In this document: positions 56,825-64,000 of the stretch, piece after piece | Layout: every line of letters begins with the position of its first letter | Numbering within the stretch: the stretch's first letter is position 1 | Origin: Naegleria gruberi | Lineage: Eukaryota | Assembly (NCBI GenBank): GCA_000004985.1 | Contig: GG738850.1 | Length of the DNA stretch: 64,000 nt | Strand: one strand, 5' to 3' | Translations under genes and position numbers: made by a program | Notes under the pieces: model-generated | Told to the model about the DNA's origin: nothing | The model's input: only the letters and a program-made list of their open reading frames with translations | Databases searched by the model: none

Positions 56825-57700
56825 TCAATATAAGCAAAGTCTTTTTAATTTTTTCATTCCACTTATCAATTTTTCTCCTTTATCACCAATTCGATTATGA
56901 CGAATATCAAGATCTGTTAATTGTTTCATTTCACTTATGTATTTGGCCCCTTCGTCACCAATTCTATTGTAAAATATAGAAAGTTCTGTTAATTGCTTCA
57001 TTTCACTGATAAACTTGGCTCCTTCATCACCAATTTCATTGTGACCAATAGAAAGTTCTGTTAATTGTTTCATTCCACTTATCAATTTGGCTCCTTCATC
57101 ACCAATTCCATTACCATAAATATAAAGACATGTTAATTGTTTCATTTCACTAATGTATTTAACTCCTTTGACACCTATTTGATTGTCACCAACATGAAGT
57201 AATGTTAACTGTTTCATTTTACTTATCAATTTGGCTCCTTCATCACCAATTCTATTTCTATTAATATCCAGTGCTATCAATTGTTTCAGTTTACATAGGT
57301 ATTTAACTCCTTTTGCACCAATTTGATTCTTAGAAATACCAAGTGATATTAATTGCTTCATTTCACTTATCAATTTGGTTCCTTCATCACCAATTCGATT
57401 TGTTGGCACAAAAAGTGCTACCAGTTGTTTCATTTCACTTATGAATTTTACATTGTCAGAGTCCAACAAGTTTTCAGAAACATTAACGTTAACAATACAA
57501 TTCATAAATTGACTTTTCATTAACAATTCAATTCTATGCTCTGTAAATTCTTTTTTAAATTCAAGACAAAGATATGAACGTTCCTTGATCACATTAAACC
57601 ATTGTTTTGAAATTAAGGAACAAGTATTCAAAATAAACCACGAATTATCAATCATGGAAATTATTTCAAAACAAACATCATCTGAAAATATATTATTCTC
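56825..57700 (-). CDS. F-box / RNI-like LRR protein with eight near-identical 24-aa (72-nt) tandem repeats. The start lies upstream of the annotated Met.
   Basis: Repeat unit is ISEMKQLTxLxIxxNxIGDEGAKx, eight copies. The in-frame upstream extension FSDDVCFEIISMIDNSWFILNTCSLISKQWFNVI matches the F-box consensus. Confidence 0.6.
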   Translation of the reverse strand, partial: ENNIFSDDVCFEIISMIDNSWFILNTCSLISKQWFNVIKERSYLCLEFKKEFTEHRIELLMKSQFMNCIVNVNVSENLLDSDNVKFISEMKQLVALFVPTNRIGDEGTKLISEMKQLISLGISKNQIGAKGVKYLCKLKQLIALDINRNRIGDEGAKLISKMKQLTLLHVGDNQIGVKGVKYISEMKQLTCLYIYGNGIGDEGAKLISGMKQLTELSIGHNEIGDEGAKFISEMKQLTELSIFYNRIGDEGAKYISEMKQLTDLDIRHNRIGDKGEKLISGMKKLKRLCLY

Positions 57701-58844
57701 TACTAATCATTGATTAAGCATTCAAGAAAATATATACCCACCTTCTTGTTGTCTTATCTCCATGGTGAAATTAGTACAAATATTTCCCATGATGATGATG
57801 ATGATTAATATGAAAGTGGGCTGATTAGTACTGAATGTTGGCTAGGGCAGTAGGTAGGTTTTTTCTTGACTTGTTGCAGTGTTGGCCCAACAGCACGAAG
57901 TATTTAACCTCAACAGAAGAATCTCAATCCGTGTTCTTTTTTCTCTCCGATTGTTCCATTCCAGATATTCCTCTTCAAACAGTGCTGGCAAAACTGTAGT
58001 TAGACCTATTGAAAAAACAGCTCAACAAAAATCAATACACAAACACCAAACCTTGACCCTGGCATTCAGATCTGTAAGCCTTCTAACAATTGTTTGATTT
58101 TAAATTTTGTACAGACAATATCAAGAGAAGTTATCTCCAGCTAAATTGATCACAAAATTGTTGCAGTTTCAATTTTGAGCTTGTTTTAATTTTATAAACC
58201 ACAGTTTGATATTCATTCCCATAGAGTTCATTATCACCACTACGAAAACAATCGCTATTCCATTGGGAATTACATTAGTTTCTAATAACAAGATGCTTAG
58301 ACCTAATTGTTAACATTTCTATCGTTTGGGATACGCTATAGTTCCATTGATGGATCGGTTACACTTAAGGTAATGTGTTGGTATGAAATGTTGTCATGCC
58401 AATTGATGAACTGCTGCAATTCTTTTAACTATTAAATTTTAATGTTTAACAGCTTGGACACCAATCAACGTTTATATGATGAGGGCAGACGAATCTTCTT
58501 TGTAATCCTCCAGAAACATCATTTCACATACAATTATAATGTTTCCGCTCCCAACTACATTTTTGAATGCTTGCTAAGTTGGGAAAACAGAGTTCTAAAA
58601 TAAATTTGACTAAACAGTTTAAACATAAAGTGAAAGTAACCAATCTCTATAATAGTTTCACCAATAATTTTATAATGACTTCCAGGATTATCCATTTCCT
58701 TTACGAAAATTCATGTGATTCCATAGAAGGAAACCTTAGAACCAAGTAATCCCAAAATTAAAGGGTAACACCACTTTCATTTGAGATTCTCCACAACGTT
58801 ACTTCTAAATTTCAAGAAAACTAATCTCAAAAAAACAGTAGAAA

Positions 58845-59603
58845 ATGAATAGAGAGAAATACATACAATCATTTGCTTGTGGTCAACCGAAAGTTTTCCA
58901 ATTGCCAAGTATTAAACAACTGTTGTATGGAGACTTGTCATCATGTAGAACCAATCATAATACGAAACAAGAGGAAACTAATGGTTATCATCCAGTCATG
59001 CAAGGTCAGACATGTCACCAACCTTTCTCTACATGTTCAACTAAATGCATGCCACTCCAATTACATGAAACTTCTCCACAAGTAACTTATTCGAAACCAC
59101 AGCTGGAAGTTAAACGACTCGAACATCAAGTAAGAATTATGGAATCTCTTGTGAAGAAACAAGCAAAGGTAATTGAAGATTTGGAAAATGAAAAGAAGAG
59201 AAAGTTGAAGGAAATTGAAAGACAACTCGAAAGTCAACCAAAGAAACTAAAGCAAACTAAATCAAATTCCTTCATATTTAAAACATGCTTATTAGAAAAC
59301 AAAGATAATTCAGAAGAAGAAACGTCAATCTTGGACGATTTAAATAATCATACGGTAACTTGGAAAAACGAGACTTTCGTATTAATTGATGCCTTTAAAA
59401 ACCGAAACAAAATCCTCAATTATTTCATTCCACTCTATCAAAGTCAATTCCCAAATAAGAAATGTAAATTAGTTCTTTCAAGTGAAGAATATAGAAAGCT
59501 ATTTAAGGAAAATTCACATCGGAGTCAATCAGAGAGGAAACACGCTTGGAGAATTTCAATTTTCACTTTGGATTTCTATAATTTCGTAAAGAATCAAATG
59601 TAA
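58845..59603 (+). CDS. Hypothetical coiled-coil protein, 252 aa
   Basis: Heptad-like segment EVKRLEHQVRIMESLVKKQAKVIEDLENEKKRKLKEIERQLESQ. ATG is preceded by an A-rich leader. Confidence 0.35.
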   Translation: MNREKYIQSFACGQPKVFQLPSIKQLLYGDLSSCRTNHNTKQEETNGYHPVMQGQTCHQPFSTCSTKCMPLQLHETSPQVTYSKPQLEVKRLEHQVRIMESLVKKQAKVIEDLENEKKRKLKEIERQLESQPKKLKQTKSNSFIFKTCLLENKDNSEEETSILDDLNNHTVTWKNETFVLIDAFKNRNKILNYFIPLYQSQFPNKKCKLVLSSEEYRKLFKENSHRSQSERKHAWRISIFTLDFYNFVKNQM

Positions 59604-59766
59604 ATAATATTGCTAATGTAACTGTTTTTTGTAATAAAAGAGAATACCTTGTTTATGATATTTTGTTGGAAGAATTCATGTTCCAGAGCTTTAACTGGAT
59701 CTATCTCTTTCATTCTCGACAACCATTTTAGAAATCAAATCCATAGCATCTATATTGGTTGGATCA

Positions 59767-60620
59767 TTACTGCACTGCAACATTTTTACAAAATTCCAGA
59801 TCAATAATTTTCAAAACTGAATCAGTGCAATCGAATATGATATTATCAGGTTTCAAATTATTGTGAGTTACAAGATTTCTTCTCATATAGACACATGCAT
59901 TCAAGAGTTGCTTCATATAACTTCTAACCTCATTGATATCTGATGGAAGATACCCTGCTCCCTTCTTATATTCCATAATGAGAACTATTTCATCATTGGC
60001 TAAACTGAAATTGAAATCTAGAATTTCAAGAATATTTGGATGAGAAAACTTTCTATGAAATTCAATCTCACTAATTACATCTCTATAACTACGCAACTGA
60101 TAATTCTTCTTCACCAAATCAGTCTTTCCATCTGAAAACTGGTTTGGATTTGCTGCTATCCTTCTTACAATTGGATATGCATATTGCAGGACAGAAACAA
60201 TACTGCAATCATTTTCTTTCTCAAACTCTAAATGTCTCTTTGCAATGGCTGACCACTTTTCAATCTTATCAACTGTAATATCAAATCTGAAACTGTCAAT
60301 TTACTCCCAGAAAGGAACCAGTAATGGAATGGTAAGGATTTTTTCTCATCCTCTATTAGAAAGTACATGGAAAATAAGATGAATGGATGCAATTTTGAAC
60401 TATATGAATTTACACGAACTTCTTGTGGAGAGTCAATAGAAACTTTGTGATATTCAATCTTTGAAAGAAGTGTTTTTGTAAAAGCATTATTATTTGGAAA
60501 GGATTCAGCTATGGAGAATTTGAAAAAATTTGCTTTGTAATCTCCATGATAACAAATGATTAAGGAATCGGTTGAGAGACCGAAAGAATTCTTCTCAATA
60601 GAATTGTTAAATTCAAACAA
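59767..60620 (-). pseudogene. Truncated pseudokinase (kinase N-lobe plus catalytic loop only). The frame is open upstream of the listed TTG start and possibly joins ORF 60228..60620.
   Basis: ITVDKIEKWSAIAK (beta3), HPNILEIL, IMEYKKG (hinge). HNNLKPDN replaces HRDLKPDN, so the catalytic Asp is lost. DLE replaces DFG. A stop follows directly after DLEFCKNVAVQ. There is no activation segment or C-lobe. Confidence 0.45.
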
Positions 60621-60807
60621 ACACTTGCATTTTTTTTAGAGTTTGTGAGTATAATTTGAGACTAAGATAGGGTTTCATATGTTCTTTGAACATGAAAGAA
60701 CAGTAACTACAGTAACTATGTTGTAATGGAGCTATATGGTGTCTTTACAAATTACCTACCCCCCTGTGTCAACAAAAGGCAAATAAAATAACAGCATGTA
60801 AAAAGTA

Positions 60808-60879
60808 TAGCAAATCTAGGTTTCGATCCTAGGACCTATGGGTTATGAGCCCATCGCGCTTCCGCTGCGCCAATTTGCT
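60808..60879 (-). tRNA. tRNAi-Met: Initiator tRNA-Met (anticodon CAT), 72 nt
   Basis: Minus-strand sequence is AGCAAATTGGCGCAGCGGAAGCGCGATGGGCTCATAACCCATAGGTCCTAGGATCGAAACCTAGATTTGCTA. It has the A1:U72 pair, the three G-C pairs in the anticodon stem, and the T-loop GATCGAAAC (A54/A60) that is diagnostic of eukaryotic initiator tRNA. A T5 run lies downstream. Confidence 0.9.
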
Positions 60880-61035
60880 TTGACATACTAATTCTAAAAA
60901 TATTTATTAAATATTGGAAGGAGAAGGATTTTCCCAAAACAAAACCAGTTCAATTTTTAAAACGCTCTGATTGTCACTTAGTGATTATGAGATTACTTTT
61001 ATTTGGAATTTTCTCATATTAATAATTGAGATAAT

Positions 61036-61815
61036 TTGTTTGGTGATAACCTCAAGTCATTACCTCCACAACAACATGATATTTCAAATAAATTAAATAA
61101 TAAAAAAATGTTTAACAGTTCAGCGCTTGGAAGTGGTACTTCCAGTCATGCAGAAATTCGGAAAGAATATACTTTTGATGATATCATTAATAGAGATCAT
61201 GATTACTTTTCAATGTTTGGATTAAAAAAGCCATCACCATCGGCACATTTACTTGGAAATAACAATGCTATTATTACTTCCTATTCAAGTAATAATGATG
61301 AAGATAATAATTTAAATAATGATAGAAGAAATAATGGGATTGGACGTAAACGATTATTTCAGTGGTGTATAGGATTATTAATATTATTTTCATTTACTTG
61401 TGGATTAATTTTACTTTTAGGTGGAATTATTTTCGGAATACTTGTTAATGCTAATGTATTAGATGATTATTGTATAATGCAATTTGAATTTAAGAAACAA
61501 GTACCTGGTAATTTAAATTATGATTTTGCTTTTACAAAGATTAAACAAGGCGTTTCTAAAAGTCCATTCGAATTAATTTCATCATTTCCTAATAATGGAA
61601 CAATTAAAGCAGTTAGAAAAGAGGCTTTGAAAAATTTTGATGCACTGGAATTTACTATTTATGAAGAAGGATTGAGTTTAATATTTATTAATGCATCAAG
61701 TATATCAGATTCAGGTGTTTTTGATTTTGGACAGAACTATAGAAATATTAAACAAGTCATTGATTCTTCATTAGGGAAAGATTATTTACAGAGAATTGTT
61801 TCTGGTTGTAATTAA
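61036..61815 (+). CDS. Hypothetical type-II-like membrane protein, 259 aa
   Basis: Single hydrophobic segment LFQWCIGLLILFSFTCGLILLLGGIIFGILV after an N/S-rich N-terminus. The C-terminal ~130 aa is globular. Confidence 0.4.
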   Translation: MFGDNLKSLPPQQHDISNKLNNKKMFNSSALGSGTSSHAEIRKEYTFDDIINRDHDYFSMFGLKKPSPSAHLLGNNNAIITSYSSNNDEDNNLNNDRRNNGIGRKRLFQWCIGLLILFSFTCGLILLLGGIIFGILVNANVLDDYCIMQFEFKKQVPGNLNYDFAFTKIKQGVSKSPFELISSFPNNGTIKAVRKEALKNFDALEFTIYEEGLSLIFINASSISDSGVFDFGQNYRNIKQVIDSSLGKDYLQRIVSGCN

Positions 61816-61892
61816 TTTAATTATTTATTGCTTGACTTTATCCACTAAATTATAAATGAAAGTATTTATCAAAATTGGAATGCTTCAATAAT

Positions 61893-64000
61893 TTATTTAT
61901 GTTTGCTCTGATTATTCATAAAAGAATTGAGATTAAAATCTTGATATTGCTTATCTTGATCATAATCTTCCATTGTTTCCATAAGTTGTCCAAGTCCAGA
62001 TTTCTTTGGTTTTTCAAGTTGAGCAGCAGATGATGAATCTGTTCCATTTGAACCTGAAAAATTGAACAAATCAACCAATTGATCTGTATCCATAGATGAT
62101 AAACTACTATTTTCCTTATTAATAACACTCTTTGAAATGTTTGTTTTAAACTTTTGTAAACCCATAATCTTTTCTTCCAAAGTGTTTCTAGTAATAAGTC
62201 TATAAACATTAACAACTTTCTTTTGACCAATACGATGCGCTCTATCCATAGCTTGTAAATCAGCAGATGGATTCCAATCATGTTCAACAAAAATTACAGT
62301 ATCTGCACCTGTAAGATTCAATCCTAAACCACCAATCTTTGTAGTTAATAATAAAACATCAATAGTTGGATCACTATTAAATTTTGTAACAATTTCATAT
62401 CTCTTTGTTGTTTCAACATCACCATCCAATCTCATAAATGTTACATTTGGCATATATTTAGCAAATAATTCATTTTGAATAATATCAAGCATTTGTTTCA
62501 ATTGACAAAATATTAAAACACGATGTTGATTAGAACTATCAACATCACTATTACCCGCTCCAATACCACAATCATTTAAAAGTTGTTTCAATGATAATAA
62601 TTTTGGTGATAAATTAACATCTCTAACATCTAATCCTTGTTGTTTGATTTCTTGTGTTACAGATTCATACATTGGATGATCCGGTTCTAATACCAAACAT
62701 GGATGATTACAAAGCTTTCTCAAATATTTCAAAGCTTTAAATACATGTGAATTTTCAGATATTTCCTTGGCTTTGGTTTTGTCTTCTTGTTGGCTCTTCA
62801 ATTCTTGTGAAACTTTGGAAATTTCCTTCTTTGCAAAAAATTCATAAAGTTTTGATTGAATAGGTGAAAGATCACAATAATAATCTTGAATAATCTTTTC
62901 AGGTAAATCATGTAAAACATCTTCTTTAACTCTTCTTAAAAGGAAAGGTAATACTTGTCTATGTAAATTTTGTAAAGCAATTGTACCTGAAGCTTGTTCT
63001 TTAGAATTTGCTTTAGCATCTCTACTTGATTGAATTGGTTTACTGTACTTGGCATTAAACTCCTTTTCTGTTCCTAAAAATCCTGGCATTAAAAAATCAA
63101 ATAATGACCACAATTCTAAAACATTATTTTGAATTGGAGTACCTGAAAGTAATAATCTGTGATTAGCCTTAATTTGTTTAACAGCTTTGGTAATTTGAGT
63201 CTTCTTATTCTTAATAATATGACCTTCATCTAAAATACAATAATTCCAATTTGATTGACAAGCAACAATATCCTTAATATCATTTCTTAATAAATCATAA
63301 GAAAGAATGACAATATCTTGATTATGAAATTCAGATCTCCATAATTTTCTCTGAGCAACTGAACCATAATATTGAAGTGATTTCAAATCTGGACAAAACT
63401 TTGAAATTTCATCAGCCCAATGCCCAAGTAAAATTGGTGGACATACAACCAATGAAGGTAAATGAACAAATTCTTGGTTACCAGTTTGTTGAAATTGAAT
63501 CTTTCTCATATGAATATCACTATAAACCATACAAATTGTTTGTAAAGTTTTACCCAAACCCATATCATCGCATAAAATACCATGTAAATTATACTTGTTC
63601 AAGAATGCTAACCATGAAACTCCATCTTTTTGATATTGACGAAGTTCTGCATTAATTTTGATTGGAATATCAAATGGAACAACTTTAGAATTATCTAAAA
63701 GTTGATCAATAAATTCATGTTCTTCTGCTAATTGTTTTTCAAGCCCTTTAAGTGGAATGGCTGATTTTTCCAAAGGTAAAAGTTTGATAACTGAACCAAA
63801 ACAATTTGATGAAATTTCACGTGTAACATCATCTTGATCGCTCATTCTCTTTAAAAGTGGAACTGCAAAGAATGCAACTGCTGGTAAACATTTCATTTCA
63901 AGTCTTGAAATTAATGAAAATATTGCCAATGATGAACCTCTTCTTGAATAAACATTTGTTGGATTTGCAAGTAGTGGTACAAGTTGTTTTACAATAATAA
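61893..64000 (-). CDS. MOT1: Mot1/BTAF1-type SNF2-family ATPase, C-terminal ~700 aa (helicase ATP-binding and C-terminal domains). The gene continues beyond the window end.
   Basis: LRQYQKDGVSWLAFLNKYNLHGILCDDMGLGKTLQTIC (motif I), DEGHIIKN (DEGH box), LLLSGTPIQNNVLELWSLFDFLMPGFLG, helicase-C motifs LIFCQLKQMLD and DRAHRIGQKKVVNVYRLI. The frame stays open upstream of the ORF-track TTG start. Confidence 0.85.
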   Translation of the reverse strand, partial: IIVKQLVPLLANPTNVYSRRGSSLAIFSLISRLEMKCLPAVAFFAVPLLKRMSDQDDVTREISSNCFGSVIKLLPLEKSAIPLKGLEKQLAEEHEFIDQLLDNSKVVPFDIPIKINAELRQYQKDGVSWLAFLNKYNLHGILCDDMGLGKTLQTICMVYSDIHMRKIQFQQTGNQEFVHLPSLVVCPPILLGHWADEISKFCPDLKSLQYYGSVAQRKLWRSEFHNQDIVILSYDLLRNDIKDIVACQSNWNYCILDEGHIIKNKKTQITKAVKQIKANHRLLLSGTPIQNNVLELWSLFDFLMPGFLGTEKEFNAKYSKPIQSSRDAKANSKEQASGTIALQNLHRQVLPFLLRRVKEDVLHDLPEKIIQDYYCDLSPIQSKLYEFFAKKEISKVSQELKSQQEDKTKAKEISENSHVFKALKYLRKLCNHPCLVLEPDHPMYESVTQEIKQQGLDVRDVNLSPKLLSLKQLLNDCGIGAGNSDVDSSNQHRVLIFCQLKQMLDIIQNELFAKYMPNVTFMRLDGDVETTKRYEIVTKFNSDPTIDVLLLTTKIGGLGLNLTGADTVIFVEHDWNPSADLQAMDRAHRIGQKKVVNVYRLITRNTLEEKIMGLQKFKTNISKSVINKENSSLSSMDTDQLVDLFNFSGSNGTDSSSAAQLEKPKKSGLGQLMETMEDYDQDKQYQDFNLNSFMNNQSKHK

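Noticed and set aside
56825-57655. Tandem 72-nt repeats that might superficially resemble a repeat-spacer array
   Set aside because: This is a eukaryotic nuclear locus. The repeats are in-frame coding LRR units with no unique spacers and no cas context. It is not a CRISPR.

Overview
This window is nuclear DNA from an AT-rich eukaryote, not a prokaryote, so operon-style and defence-island logic does not apply. I estimate about 30% GC. It is gene-dense: roughly 35 protein-coding genes, three Pol III tRNA genes and short convergent or divergent intergenic spacers. Introns are short (about 43-110 nt), extremely AT-rich and GT-AG, with GTAAGT or GTATGT donors. I reconstructed exon junctions by hand wherever the ORF track broke a conserved domain. 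Coding regions use a strongly biased A/T-ending codon set (CAA, AGA, TTA, GGT, CCA, GAA). Proteins carry long homopolymer runs (poly-N, poly-Q, poly-T, poly-S), so antisense pseudo-ORFs are common. This pattern is most like a dictyostelid-type amoebozoan. An early-diverging fungus cannot be excluded, because a standalone LYS1-type saccharopine dehydrogenase and a Cry-DASH are present. Recognisable genes, in order:
- a receptor-like kinase with a beta-helix ectodomain (5' partial)
- tRNA-Lys(CTT)
- a Sir2-family sirtuin
- saccharopine dehydrogenase
- an EDC4-like WD40 protein
- a 3-exon cytochrome P450
- a 3'-5' exonuclease with an internal frameshift
- a TMEM208/SND2-like protein
- a large protein with three PH domains fused to an actin-like domain
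- a WD40 protein
- a calcineurin-B-like (CHP-like) EF-hand protein
- a RhoGAP
- a Cry-DASH cryptochrome/photolyase
- an FG-repeat nucleoporin
- an SDR oxidoreductase
- an RWP-RK transcription factor
- adenosine deaminase
- mitochondrial ribosomal protein bL21m with a frameshifted presequence
- an intron-containing class-II tRNA
- a block of F-box/LRR and kinase-like or pseudokinase genes
- initiator tRNA-Met
- the C-terminal two-thirds of a Mot1/BTAF1 SNF2 ATPase that runs off the window end.
The ORF track labels TTG and GTG starts as M, so many listed starts are not real initiators. There are no CRISPR arrays, no prokaryotic mobile elements and no rRNA. The most unusual items are the PH-actin fusion gene, the beta-helix receptor kinase, the kinase/F-box/LRR expansion block with pseudokinases, two genes with frame disruptions inside homopolymer runs, and several ORF-free islands of higher GC.
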